Assembly (NCBI GenBank): GCA_050247295.1
Contig: JBFWUJ010000003.1
Coordinates: forward strand, 1 to 59,399
DNA: 59,399 nucleotides
Source of the DNA: Sphingomonas sp.
Lineage (GTDB): Bacteria; Pseudomonadota; Alphaproteobacteria; Sphingomonadales; Sphingomonadaceae
Direction of reading: 5' to 3'
In this document: positions 32,039-41,532 of the stretch, piece after piece
How positions within the stretch are numbered: the first letter of the stretch is position 1
How the letters are laid out: each line of letters starts with the position of its first letter
The notes under the pieces: model-generated
Seen by the model: the letters and a program-made list of their open reading frames with translations, nothing else
Databases searched by the model: none
Told to the model about the DNA's origin: nothing
Made by a program: the position numbers and the translations under genes

Positions 32039-33193
32039 CTAGCGCTGGGCCGCCGAAGCCGGTCCGCCGCTCGGGCCGCCGATCGAGCTTGGGGCGATCG
32101 GCGTGCCGACCGCCACGCGACGCTGCAGCGCAAGCAGGGTCGTGCTGGATTGCATGAAGGGGACCGGATTGACGGCGCGGCCGTCGATGCGGACTTCGTA
32201 GTGAAGGTGGCTGCCGGTCGAACGGCCGGTCGAGCCCATCAGCCCGATCAACTGGCCACGGCGAACCCGCGTCCCGGCCTCGACCAGACGGCGGGACATA
32301 TGACCATAACGAGTCTGGATGCCCTGGCCATGGTCGAGCTCGACCAGATTGCCGTAACCGCCCCGGTTCCATTCGGACCGACCGACAATGCCGTCTGCGG
32401 TGGCGTAAATCGGGGTGCCGACCGGCCCGGCGAGATCGATACCGCCGTGCATCCGGGCGCCGCGGTTGAAGGGATCGGACCGGACGCCATAGCCGCTGGT
32501 GAAGTTGACCGACGTCTCGATCGGACGGGCGGAAGGAATGGCGATCACCGCCTGCTCAAGCTGCTCCATCCGGCGCCAGCTGGTAAAGAGCTCGCGGAAG
32601 CGCGGATCGGCGTTGCCGGCCTCGGCAACCGGCTCATCCGGGCCGCCCATGCCGGTATAGGACCGGACCAGCTCGGCGGGATCGACGCCGATGCTGCGCA
32701 GCTGCTGGACCGTCTGCTGATAGCGAACCATCGTCAGGCCGCGCGCCCGATCGGCCATCTGCTCCTGCATCGCATCGACGCGGGCATAGGCCGCGGTCGC
32801 CGGGCCGTGCGCCGCCTCATGTTGCGGCAGCATCGCCGCGAGTTGCCGGGAATCGGCGCTGCCGTTCAGCATTGAGGCGAGGAAAGCCTGACGGCGCTCA
32901 AGCAACGCGGCGTGGCTGCGGGTCTGGGCACGAAGGACCGCGACATCGGCCTCCATCGACGCCACCTGCGCCTGCATCCGGGCGACGTCGCTGTTCATCG
33001 CCGCGAGCGCGCCGACGGTCGCGAAGCTTGACCATGCGACCAAAACAAAGGCGGCGAAAACCGCCGCCATCTGCACCTTCGCACCGATCGTGAAGCGGCG
33101 AAGGCTGGTCCCGTCATGCAGGAAAATATCGCGCGGGCGGAAGAAAGACTGGAACTTTCCGGCCAAGCCCGCGTTCATCGTGTTCGTCATCAT
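32039..33193 (-). CDS. M23 (LytM) family metallopeptidase with N-terminal TM and coiled coil
   Basis: HGGID, TRYGHM, GSTGRSTGSHLHYEV. Confidence 0.92.
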   Translation of the reverse strand: MMTNTMNAGLAGKFQSFFRPRDIFLHDGTSLRRFTIGAKVQMAAVFAAFVLVAWSSFATVGALAAMNSDVARMQAQVASMEADVAVLRAQTRSHAALLERRQAFLASMLNGSADSRQLAAMLPQHEAAHGPATAAYARVDAMQEQMADRARGLTMVRYQQTVQQLRSIGVDPAELVRSYTGMGGPDEPVAEAGNADPRFRELFTSWRRMEQLEQAVIAIPSARPIETSVNFTSGYGVRSDPFNRGARMHGGIDLAGPVGTPIYATADGIVGRSEWNRGGYGNLVELDHGQGIQTRYGHMSRRLVEAGTRVRRGQLIGLMGSTGRSTGSHLHYEVRIDGRAVNPVPFMQSSTTLLALQRRVAVGTPIAPSSIGGPSGGPASAAQR

Positions 33194-33325
33194 TATCCCC
33201 GGTCGATCTTTTCGAGATCGGCTCGGTCACGCATGGCGACCGCGTTGAAAACTGGGCTTTTCCCCGCCCGCGAAAACGTTCGGATTATCCGCCCCCGAAC
33301 TCTGGGCGCGAGATTGTTAAGCAAT

Positions 33326-34120
33326 TCAGACCCCGGCAACCCCGGCCAGCCATTCGCGGGATAGACCGGCTTCGTCGCGGGCTGAGTCGTTGAATGGCGG
33401 CTTAATAGTGCCGCGAAAATGGCGACGAACGAGGTCGGGCCAGAGGGAAAATGGCGCGATTTCGCGGGATTCGCACAGCCATTTGAACCAGCGCACACCG
33501 GCCGCGACATGACCGACCTCGTCGCGGTAGATGCGCGTCAGGATCGCCGCCGACCGATGGTCGCCGGCCCGTTCGAACGCGGCCACCATCGCCGGAGTCA
33601 CGTCGAGGCCCCTCGCCTCCAGCACCATCGGCACCACGGCCAGCCGCGCCGCCAGGTCGCCGGCCGTCGCGTCGGCCGCCTGCCACAGGCCATCGTGGGC
33701 GGGCAAGGCGCCGTAGCGGGAACCGAGTGCGCGCAGCCGCCGGTCCAGCATCGCGAAATGCATCGCCTCATCCGCCCCGACGGCAATCCAGTCGTCGATG
33801 AACGCCGCCGGCATGCCCCGGCCGAACCGCCCGATCAGATCGAAGGCGAGATCGATCGCGTTGAACTCGATATGGGCGAGCGCGTGCAGCATCGCCGTCC
33901 GGCTGCGTTCCGATCCTGCACGACCCCGCTTCGGCATCCGGTTCGGCGGCAGCAACGCCGGCGCCTCCGGACGCGCCGGGCGATCCGGCATCGCCGCGTC
34001 GAAACGATGGATGAGGCGGCCGCGCCGCCACCCCCGCGCAGCGGCCCGCGCCGCTTTCACCTTTTCGCGAGGGTCGGCCATCGACAGTACGTCGCGGCAG
34101 GCCTGAGCGATCGAGTCCAT
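33326..34120 (-). CDS. ferritin-like domain protein (DUF455)
   Basis: LHALAHIEFNAIDLA, DEAMHF, VLEARGLDV, DEVGHV. Start at MDSIAQAC. Confidence 0.88.
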   Translation of the reverse strand: MDSIAQACRDVLSMADPREKVKAARAAARGWRRGRLIHRFDAAMPDRPARPEAPALLPPNRMPKRGRAGSERSRTAMLHALAHIEFNAIDLAFDLIGRFGRGMPAAFIDDWIAVGADEAMHFAMLDRRLRALGSRYGALPAHDGLWQAADATAGDLAARLAVVPMVLEARGLDVTPAMVAAFERAGDHRSAAILTRIYRDEVGHVAAGVRWFKWLCESREIAPFSLWPDLVRRHFRGTIKPPFNDSARDEAGLSREWLAGVAGV

Positions 34121-34160
34121 GCCTTCCCTCTGACGCGGCAGCGGGCTAACCGCCAGCCCC

Positions 34161-35333
34161 ATGACCTTCACCGCCAGGATTCTGCTGCTCGGCTCCGGCG
34201 AACTCGGCCGCGAGTTCGCCATTGGCGCCAAACGGCTCGGTGCCTTCGTAATCGCCTGCGATTCCTATGCCGACGCGCCGGCGATGCAGGTGGCGGACGC
34301 GGCCGAGGTCTTTCCGATGCTCGACGGCACCGCGCTGCGCGCGGCGGTCGAGAAGCATCGGCCGGACCATATCGTGCCGGAAATAGAAGCCATCCGGACC
34401 GAGGAACTGGTCTCGCTCGAAAGCGAGGGCTGGCACGTGGTCCCCACTGCGCGCGCCGCCGCCACGACGATGAACCGGGACGCGATCCGGAGCCTCGCCG
34501 CCGAGCAGCTCGGCCTGCGCACCTCGCGCTATCGTTTCGCGGAAAGCCTGGAGGCGGTACGCGATGCAGCGCTCCACACCGGCCTGCCCTGTATCGTGAA
34601 GCCGGTCATGTCGTCTTCCGGCAAGGGCCAGAGCATGGTTCGCGACGCGGCCGAACTGGATGCGGCCTGGGCCTATGCGGTCGCCAACATGCGCGGCGAC
34701 CGGCCGCGGGTGATCGTCGAGGAATATATCGCCTTCGATTACGAGATCACCCTGTTGACGGTGCGGACCCGCGATGGAGTGATCTTCTGTCCGCCAATCG
34801 GCCATCGCCAGGAACATGGCGACTATCGCGAAAGCTGGCAGCCGATGGCAATGTCGGCCGCGGCACTTGGTCAGGCGCAGGAGATGGCGCGCCTGGTGGT
34901 CGATGACCTTGGCGGGCAGGGCATCTTCGGGGTGGAATTCTTCATTCGCGGCGACGAAGCGATCTTCTCCGAACTGAGCCCCCGGCCGCACGACACCGGC
35001 ATGGTGACCCTGATTTCCCAGGACCTGTCGGAGTTCGACCTGCACGCCCGCGCCATCCTCGGCCTGCCGATCCCGGAGGTGACGCTGCGGGGTCCGTCGG
35101 CGTCAGCGGTGATCCTGGCCGATCGCGAGGCGGAGCGGTTCAGCTTCGAGGGCCTCGCAGAAGGGCTCGCGCTCGGGACGCCGGACCGGCCGGTGGATAT
35201 CCGCCTGTTCGGCAAGCCGGTGACCCGTCCCAACCGGCGGATGGGTGTCGCGCTGGCCCGCGCCGAAAATGTGGAAACGGCATGCGATCTCGCCGTCGCC
35301 GCGGCGGCAAGGGTTTCGATCAACTATTTCTGA
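34161..35333 (+). CDS. purT: formate-dependent phosphoribosylglycinamide formyltransferase
   Basis: [44 protein letters not shown]. Confidence 0.96.
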   Translation: MTFTARILLLGSGELGREFAIGAKRLGAFVIACDSYADAPAMQVADAAEVFPMLDGTALRAAVEKHRPDHIVPEIEAIRTEELVSLESEGWHVVPTARAAATTMNRDAIRSLAAEQLGLRTSRYRFAESLEAVRDAALHTGLPCIVKPVMSSSGKGQSMVRDAAELDAAWAYAVANMRGDRPRVIVEEYIAFDYEITLLTVRTRDGVIFCPPIGHRQEHGDYRESWQPMAMSAAALGQAQEMARLVVDDLGGQGIFGVEFFIRGDEAIFSELSPRPHDTGMVTLISQDLSEFDLHARAILGLPIPEVTLRGPSASAVILADREAERFSFEGLAEGLALGTPDRPVDIRLFGKPVTRPNRRMGVALARAENVETACDLAVAAAARVSINYF

Positions 35334-35857
35334 TCGTCGACGCCCTCATCACTCAGGATGACGTCGTTCTCGGCGTAGGACGGCCGCTCGCGAACGACCT
35401 CGTCCTCCGACACGCGATAATGCGCGTAGCGGGCCAGCCGCTCCGCCATGGCGCGGCGGCGCTCGGCGTCCTCGAGGCGGCGGATATAGGAATCGTCGAT
35501 TTCGCGCCGCTCCTGCGCCTCACGGCGCGATTCCTCCTCGCGGCTGCCGAAATAGGTCGCGCTGGCAACCTGCACTTCGGTCGCCGGGGCGGCGGGCCGT
35601 TCGAAGGTGCAGTCGGGGCAGGCCGCCGCCCGCGCCTGGCTGCCCTGACTCCAACCGTAGAGCTGCTCGTAATTGTTCGGAATGACGGTGGGCCGATTCG
35701 GATCGATCGCCGCCCCGCGGTCGCGCGGATGGAGCGCGGCGCCCTGGAAATGGATCGGGTTGATTTGCGAGATGGCGCTGTTGCCGAGCGTCACGCCCAG
35801 CATCATCGCGCCGAAGCCGCCCGCGAGGGCGGCAGCGATGGTTCGGCCTTGCATCAT
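35324..35857 (-). CDS. hypothetical membrane-anchored/exported protein with CxxC, candidate EcfG target
   Basis: Hydrophobic N-terminus from [14 protein letters not shown]; CPDC; start lies 10 nt below an EcfG-type promoter. Confidence 0.65.
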   Translation of the reverse strand: MMQGRTIAAALAGGFGAMMLGVTLGNSAISQINPIHFQGAALHPRDRGAAIDPNRPTVIPNNYEQLYGWSQGSQARAAACPDCTFERPAAPATEVQVASATYFGSREEESRREAQERREIDDSYIRRLEDAERRRAMAERLARYAHYRVSEDEVVRERPSYAENDVILSDEGVDDQK

Positions 35858-35866
35858 GCGTCCGAA

Positions 35867-35891
35867 AACGATGCGCCGCCAAAGCGGTTCC
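35867..35891 (-). promoter_or_regulatory. EcfG-type promoter GGAAC-N16-CGTT
   Basis: Exact match on the minus strand (GGAAC 35891-35887; CGTT 35870-35867). Confidence 0.7.
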
Positions 35892-35906
35892 CGGCGAGGG
35901 TGCTGC

Positions 35907-36371
35907 CTAGGCAAGCGCCCTGGCGGCTTCGAGGACCTCTTCGGCATGACCCGGAACTCTCACTTTGCGCCAGATCCGGCTAACAACCCCGTCACGGTTA
36001 ACGAGGAAGGTCGCCCGGTCAATCCCCATATACTTGCGGCCATACATGGATTTTTCGATCCAGGTCCCGAATGCCTCGCAGGCTCCGCCCGTCTCGTCGC
36101 TGGCAAGCCGAACCTTCAGATCATATTTATCGGTGAACTTCCGGTGCTTGGCGGGGCTGTCCTTCGAAACGCCGATAATCCAGGTCGCGACCTTCGCGAA
36201 TTCATCGGCCAGCGCGGTGAAGGCCTGCGCCTCGGCGGTGCAGCCGGTCGTGTCGTCCTTGGGGTAGAAATAGAGAACGAACTTCTGGCCGCTGAAATCG
36301 GCCGGGCTGAACGTCTTCCCGTCCATCCACACCAGCTCGACGTCCGGCACCTTATCGCCCTCATCCACCAT
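35907..36371 (-). CDS. bcp: peroxiredoxin BCP/PrxQ
   Basis: YFYPKDDTTGCTAEA, GIDRATF. Single Cys in the active-site motif. Confidence 0.92.
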   Translation of the reverse strand: MVDEGDKVPDVELVWMDGKTFSPADFSGQKFVLYFYPKDDTTGCTAEAQAFTALADEFAKVATWIIGVSKDSPAKHRKFTDKYDLKVRLASDETGGACEAFGTWIEKSMYGRKYMGIDRATFLVNRDGVVSRIWRKVRVPGHAEEVLEAARALA

Positions 36372-39069
36372 CCTTGCCTCCCTGTCCTGCGGCGACCGCG
36401 CCCCACAGTTCGCCGACGCTCTGCCTCGCCGCCTCGTAGCGCGCAAGCAGCTCCGCCCAATCGGCGGCGCCGCACGCTTTGGCGACCAGCAGCCGCGACG
36501 CCTCCGGCGGCTCGGCGGAGCTTGGCGAAACCAGGCGAAGGACGACGAGCAGGTCGTGCAAGAGCCGATAATGCGCGTCCATGGCTGCCGGAACCAGCCC
36601 GGCTTCGATCAGCGCCGCAAGGGCGTGCGGAAAATGCGGCGTCAGGCCTTCGCCCCGGGTCAGCTGCAGCGTTTGTACCGCGAACTCGAGGTCGACCAGG
36701 CCGCCGTCGATGAGCTTGACATCGAGCAGGCCCTTGGCCGGCTTGTGCCTGGCGATCTCGCCCCGCATCCGCAGCGCGTCGGCCGCGACCTGCACGGGAT
36801 CGCGCTTCATCCGGAGGACGGAAACGATCGCCTCCTTGAGCGCGTCCTGCACCGTCGGGGGGCCGAAAACGGGGCGGGCGCGGGTCAGCGCCATATGCTC
36901 GAAGGTCCAGGCGCTCGACCGCTGATAGTCGACGAAGGTATCGATGGAGACCGCGAGCAGCCCATCCTTGCCGGACGGCCGCAGCCGGGTGTCGACCTCG
37001 TAGAGCGGACCGGCAGCGGTGGAGACGCTCAGCGCCGAACTGACCCTTGGGGCCAGCCGGTTGAAATAATCGGTCGCGCCGAGCGGACGCGGCCCATCGG
37101 ATGTGGCCTCGTGATCGCCGCTGAAGAGATAGACCAGATCGAGGTCGGATGCGTAGGTCAGCGCGCCGCCGCCGAGCCGGCCGAACCCAAGAATGATGAG
37201 CTCGGCCCCCGGCACCTTGCCATGGGCGCGTTCGAATTCGCCGATGGCGGCGCGCGCCAGCACCCGGATCGCCGCGTCTGCGACCCGGGCATATCCTTCC
37301 GCCGCAGCGCCTGGCCGATCCCTGCCCAGCACGATCTGGGCGCCGAGCGCAAAGCGTGTTTCGTTGACTCTCCGGCGCACCCGATCGAGGACCAGCTGAT
37401 AATCCTCGCCCCGGCGATCGGACTGACCGAACCGGTCGGCCAGGTCCGCTGCCGCGCCGACCGGCTCGAAGGCGCGCGCGTCAATCAGGCTATCGAGCAG
37501 TTCCGGCCGGCGCGCCAGCTGATCGGCGAGCGCCGGGGCATGGCTCAGAATCACTCCGAGATGTTCGGTAAGGCCGGGCCGGGCGGCCAGCAGCCGATAG
37601 AAGTTGATTCCCGTCGGGAGGCGCTCGATCAGATCCTCGAACCTGTTCATCGCCCGCATCGGATCTGGCGAGGCGGCGAAGGCATCGACCAGCACCGGCA
37701 GCATCGCTTCGAACGCGTCGCGAGCCGAGGCCGTGCGCAGCGAGCGTGCCTTGCCGCTGCGCCAGCCTTCAATCCTTGTCCGCGCCGCCGCCGCGTCCGC
37801 CAGGCCGGCGGCGGCGAGCGCCTGCTCCAGTGCGCCGGGATTCATCGGCAATCGCCGCTCGTCGCTGGCCCCAAGCGTATCGTAAAGCGCACCCACCTTT
37901 CCGATATGCGGCGCGAGCCCGGCGAGCAGCGCCTCGCCATCGGCCTGCCCGTCCAATCGCGCGACATTGTCGAGCGCTCCCGGTTCCGCCGGCAGGCTGT
38001 GCGTCTGGCGATCCTCGACCATCTGCAACCGGTGCTCGATTGTCCGCAGCATCCGGTAGGCGGCGGCAAGCGCTCCTGCATCGTCGCCACCGACCCGGCC
38101 TGCCCCGGCAAGCGCATCGAGGGCCATTAGCGTCGAAGCCGATCGCAGGGCCGGCTCGCGGCCGCCGTGAATGAGCTGGTGGATCTGGACGAAGAACTCG
38201 ATCTCGCGAATCCCGCCGCGGCCGCGCTTCAGGTCGTAGCCCGGTCCAAAGGCCTGGCCCTGCGCATAATGGTCGCGAATTCGGCGGGTCAGCGCCTGGA
38301 TTTCCTCGATCGCCCCGAAATCGAGGCTGCGCCGCCATACGAAGGGATGGATGGCGTCCAGGAACTGCCGGCCGAGGGCCATATCGCCCGCGGCGGATCG
38401 GGCCCGAATGAAGGCGGCCCGCTCCCACGGCAGCGCGGCCGATTCATAATAAGAGATGGCGGCTTCGACCGGCAGCGCGATCGGAGTCACTTCCGGCGAC
38501 GGGCGCAACCTCAGGTCCACCCGGAAGACATAGCCGTTGCCGGTTCGCAACTGCAGCATCTCGGTGATCCGCTGGCCGATCCGCAGCGCCGCCTGGTCCG
38601 GCTCCTCGCGCGTCGACCTGCGGGGCAAGGTGACCGGGTCGTAGATGTAGATGAGATCGACATCGGACGAATAATTGAGTTCGCGGCCGCCGAGCTTGCC
38701 CAAGGCGATGATCGAGAAGCCGCGCGGCGTTTCGCCCGGCGTGCGCTCCTCGACCGCCGTCGCGAAGGCCCTGTCCAGGCTGCGGTCGGCGAGATCGGAC
38801 AGCGCCCCGGTGATCTCTTCAAGGGTCAGGAGCGCGGCCAGATCGCCGATCCCGAGCGCCAATGCATATGCCGCACGCTCGCATCGCATCGCATCCATCG
38901 GATCGCCGGCCACGCTTTCGGCGGCCGCACGCAGTGCTCCCTGCAGGTCCCCGCGCTCAAGGGCGGCGGCAACAGGCCCACCGCGATCAAGCAGATCGCG
39001 CAGGAACGGCGAATGATCGCGCGCCCGCGAAAGGGCTTCGAGCAACGCAGGATCGGGTGTCGTATTCAT
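36361..39069 (-). CDS. glnE: glutamine synthetase adenylyltransferase/adenylyl-removing enzyme
   Basis: Two nucleotidyltransferase halves: GKLGGRELNYSSDVD and GRLGGGALTYASDLD; VDLRLRP / VDTRLRP. Confidence 0.95.
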   Translation of the reverse strand: MNTTPDPALLEALSRARDHSPFLRDLLDRGGPVAAALERGDLQGALRAAAESVAGDPMDAMRCERAAYALALGIGDLAALLTLEEITGALSDLADRSLDRAFATAVEERTPGETPRGFSIIALGKLGGRELNYSSDVDLIYIYDPVTLPRRSTREEPDQAALRIGQRITEMLQLRTGNGYVFRVDLRLRPSPEVTPIALPVEAAISYYESAALPWERAAFIRARSAAGDMALGRQFLDAIHPFVWRRSLDFGAIEEIQALTRRIRDHYAQGQAFGPGYDLKRGRGGIREIEFFVQIHQLIHGGREPALRSASTLMALDALAGAGRVGGDDAGALAAAYRMLRTIEHRLQMVEDRQTHSLPAEPGALDNVARLDGQADGEALLAGLAPHIGKVGALYDTLGASDERRLPMNPGALEQALAAAGLADAAAARTRIEGWRSGKARSLRTASARDAFEAMLPVLVDAFAASPDPMRAMNRFEDLIERLPTGINFYRLLAARPGLTEHLGVILSHAPALADQLARRPELLDSLIDARAFEPVGAAADLADRFGQSDRRGEDYQLVLDRVRRRVNETRFALGAQIVLGRDRPGAAAEGYARVADAAIRVLARAAIGEFERAHGKVPGAELIILGFGRLGGGALTYASDLDLVYLFSGDHEATSDGPRPLGATDYFNRLAPRVSSALSVSTAAGPLYEVDTRLRPSGKDGLLAVSIDTFVDYQRSSAWTFEHMALTRARPVFGPPTVQDALKEAIVSVLRMKRDPVQVAADALRMRGEIARHKPAKGLLDVKLIDGGLVDLEFAVQTLQLTRGEGLTPHFPHALAALIEAGLVPAAMDAHYRLLHDLLVVLRLVSPSSAEPPEASRLLVAKACGAADWAELLARYEAARQSVGELWGAVAAGQGGKDGG

Positions 39070-39111
39070 GTCACAACAGAGGACCGCATTCCGTTCGATC
39101 CCGCAACATTT

Positions 39112-39136
39112 GCAACCGAGACCGAGAATCTACGTT
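39112..39136 (+). promoter_or_regulatory. EcfG-type promoter GCAAC-N16-CGTT
   Basis: One mismatch to GGAAC, correct spacing, 18 nt upstream of a NepR-like ORF. Confidence 0.6.
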
Positions 39137-39153
39137 GTTTTGCGGTGGCTAAG

Positions 39154-39324
39154 ATGAATGGGAATGGCAAGACGATGATCCTGCAGTCGCCCAGGCGGTT
39201 CGTGAAGGCGGCCCCGCCGGCCGTTCACGCCGGCGTGGGCGATGCGCTCCGGCAGGCATTCGACCTGAACGGAGAAGCGCGTTCGTTCGCCAAGTTTCAG
39301 GATCTGCTCGACCAACTGACCTGA
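39154..39324 (+). CDS. NepR-like small protein (second paralog, 56 aa)
   Basis: VGDALRQAFDL...KFQDLLDQL parallels the NepR core VGVALKTAYE...EMLDLLGKL. Alternative start at 39175. Confidence 0.65.
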   Translation: MNGNGKTMILQSPRRFVKAAPPAVHAGVGDALRQAFDLNGEARSFAKFQDLLDQLT

Positions 39325-39342
39325 ACCGGCCGGTCGCTCGGT

Positions 39343-40014
39343 TCAGGCTTCCTGCTCGCGGCCTTCAACCCCATCCTCATGGCCCCGGCTGAGGTCCTCC
39401 ACCTCGCCCATGATTCGTTGCAAGGCAGATCCGTCGCTTGCCGGATGGCCGCGACGAGATGGCATCTTGCCGCTGCCGAGCAGCGCCTCCAGCGCGACAC
39501 GGCCGCGGGCCACGCGACTCTTGATCGTGCCGACGGCGCAGCCGCAAATGCCGGCAGCCTCCTCATAAGCGAAGCCCCCGGCGCCGACGAGGATCAGCGC
39601 CTCGCGTTGCGGCTGCGGCAGGTGCATCAGCGCCCGGTGCATGTCGGCAAGCTCGATCTGCCGATCCTGGCTGGCCGGCGCGGCAAGGATTTTGGAGGCG
39701 GTCAGTTCGTCCCATTCGCCCTTGAACCGGGCCCGGCGCATCTGGCTGAGAAACAGGTTGCGCAGGATGATGAAGGTCCACGCGCGCATATTGGTGCCGG
39801 CCTGGAAGCGCTTGCGGGCCGCCCACGCCTTGAGCAGTGTTTCCTGGACTAGATCGTCGGCGAGATCGCGGCTGCCGGAAAGCGAGCGGCCGAAAGCGCG
39901 CAGATGGGGAATGACCTGCGCCAGCTCGTGCTTGAACTCAGCGTCCGGCAACGGCGACCAATCGCCGCTGCCAGCCTTGTCCTCGTCGTCTGCCTGGCGC
40001 TTACCGCCCGCCAT
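39343..40014 (-). CDS. ecfG: ECF15 general stress sigma factor
   Basis: IPHLRAFGRSL..ADDLVQET..GTNMRAWTFIILRN..YEEAA..GTIKSRVARGR; adjacent to phyR. Confidence 0.92.
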   Translation of the reverse strand: MAGGKRQADDEDKAGSGDWSPLPDAEFKHELAQVIPHLRAFGRSLSGSRDLADDLVQETLLKAWAARKRFQAGTNMRAWTFIILRNLFLSQMRRARFKGEWDELTASKILAAPASQDRQIELADMHRALMHLPQPQREALILVGAGGFAYEEAAGICGCAVGTIKSRVARGRVALEALLGSGKMPSRRGHPASDGSALQRIMGEVEDLSRGHEDGVEGREQEA

Positions 40015-40089
40015 CGAAATCAGCCCCTTGTTTTCGCGATCGGTGACAACGCGCGAACAAAACATCACGTCCGGTCAATGAGATAGGCT

Positions 40090-40224
40090 TCAGCGCCAGA
40101 TAAACAACAGCAGCAGGAAGATGAGCACGACAAGCCCAATTCCCCAGCCCAGCACATAGCGCGTGACGTGGGGGGTCGTGCCGCCCCGCGCGCGGGTCGT
40201 GCTGATATGTTCTTCCTCGTCCAT
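40090..40224 (-). CDS. 44-aa single-TM small protein
   Basis: Hand-translated MDEEEHISTTRARGGTTPHVTRYVLGWGIGLVVLIFLLLLFIWR; below the ORF-track size cutoff. Confidence 0.75.
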   Translation of the reverse strand: MDEEEHISTTRARGGTTPHVTRYVLGWGIGLVVLIFLLLLFIWR

Positions 40225-40260
40225 CGCTCGCTCTCGAAGTTCCATTCGTTTCAGGCAGGC

Positions 40261-40286
40261 AACGCCCGCCTCCTGCGGACGGTTCC
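40261..40286 (-). promoter_or_regulatory. EcfG-type promoter GGAAC-N17-CGTT
   Basis: Exact match immediately downstream of the phyR stop, pointing at the 44-aa ORF and ecfG. Confidence 0.75.
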
Positions 40287-40296
40287 CGGCGATCGA

Positions 40297-41088
40297 TCAG
40301 GCCGGTACCGTCGCTGCGTCGAAAAACAGTGCCTGCGCGATGGCCGCCTTGACCGTCGATGGTTGAAACGGCTTTGTGATCAGAAAGGTGGGCTCCGGCC
40401 GCTCGCCGGTCAGCAGACGTTCCGGGAATGCGGTGATGAAGATCACCGGCACGTCGAACTGCCCGAGTATGTCCTTGACCGCATCGATGCCCGAACTGTC
40501 GTCGGCAAGCTGGATGTCCGCCAGGACCAGGCCGGGCCGATTCGCCATCGCCTGCGCCACCGCCTCGTCACGGGTCACCGCGACGCCAGTCACGTTATGG
40601 CCGAGATCGCGGACGATGGTCTCGATATCCATGGCGATGATCGGCTCGTCTTCGATGATGAGCACGTCGGCGCGCAGCTGCCGCTCGATCTCGGCCAGCG
40701 CCTCGTTGACCAGCGATTCGACCTCGTTCGCGGTCGCCCCGATCAGATAGCCGGCGTCATCCGGCGAGAAGCCCTCCATCGCGGTGAGCAGCAGAGCCTG
40801 CCGCGACAGCGGCGTGATCTGGGCCAGGCGGGCCTGGGCGATACCAGCCGCCTGATCGCCGGGGTCGCCGGCAACGTCGCCGATATTCACCGAGGACCAG
40901 ATCGTGTGAAAGGTCCGATAGAGACCAAGGCGCGGATCGACGTCGCGGGGGAATTCGTCGGGCGCCGCGACGATCGCCTCCAGCGTCGCGCGGACGAAAT
41001 TGTCGCCATGCGCCTGGCTGCCGGTCAGCGCCCGCGCATAGCGGCGAACGAATGGAAGATGGGGCTTCAATGCGTCACCGAGCGACAT
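40297..41088 (-). CDS. phyR: anti-anti-sigma response regulator PhyR
   Basis: N-terminal sigma-like HLPFVRRYARALTGSQ and C-terminal receiver IIEDEP...LADIQLAD...FITAFPE..LITKPF. Confidence 0.96.
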   Translation of the reverse strand: MSLGDALKPHLPFVRRYARALTGSQAHGDNFVRATLEAIVAAPDEFPRDVDPRLGLYRTFHTIWSSVNIGDVAGDPGDQAAGIAQARLAQITPLSRQALLLTAMEGFSPDDAGYLIGATANEVESLVNEALAEIERQLRADVLIIEDEPIIAMDIETIVRDLGHNVTGVAVTRDEAVAQAMANRPGLVLADIQLADDSSGIDAVKDILGQFDVPVIFITAFPERLLTGERPEPTFLITKPFQPSTVKAAIAQALFFDAATVPA

Positions 41089-41213
41089 GCGTTGCGTCTC
41101 CTTCGCGGTCCGTCCGGCTATGGGATAGCGCGCCGCCCGAAAGCAACCCTGCATGAAGGCCACCTGCGACGGCCAGCAGTGAGGAGCGCGATTCCCCGCC
41201 TTTGTACGAGACT

Positions 41214-41241
41214 GGAACAATCTTCGGACTTTTTTGTTTCC
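41214..41241. promoter_or_regulatory. overlapping bidirectional EcfG-type promoter for nepR and phyR
   Basis: Plus strand GGAAC-N16-TGTT (41214-41238); minus strand GAAAC-N16-TGTT (41240-41216). Confidence 0.65.
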
Positions 41242-41343
41242 TTGCCGGCATCGGCCAATTAATTCCCGGCCCCGGGCTTGCGTCCGGGATGGCCGCCGGA
41301 GCGGTCCTCTTCCTGCAGGCGGGAAGCATTTGGGGTGGTGGCG

Positions 41344-41520
41344 ATGGCTGCTGCGAGGGGCAGTAATTTGAATAAGTCGCGCGATGAGAATGCCAAGATG
41401 AAGCCGCGGGGACGCAAGGTGGAGCGCGATGTCGGCGTAGCGCTGAAGACCGCCTATGAGCGCACGTTGCGCGAGGACATTCCGCCGGAAATGCTCGATC
41501 TGCTCGGCAAGCTGGACTAG
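41344..41520 (+). CDS. nepR: anti-sigma factor NepR
   Basis: VGVALKTAYERTLREDIPPEMLDLLGKLD; divergent from phyR. Start uncertain. Confidence 0.9.
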   Translation: MAAARGSNLNKSRDENAKMKPRGRKVERDVGVALKTAYERTLREDIPPEMLDLLGKLD

Positions 41521-41532
41521 TCCGCCGGCGCC

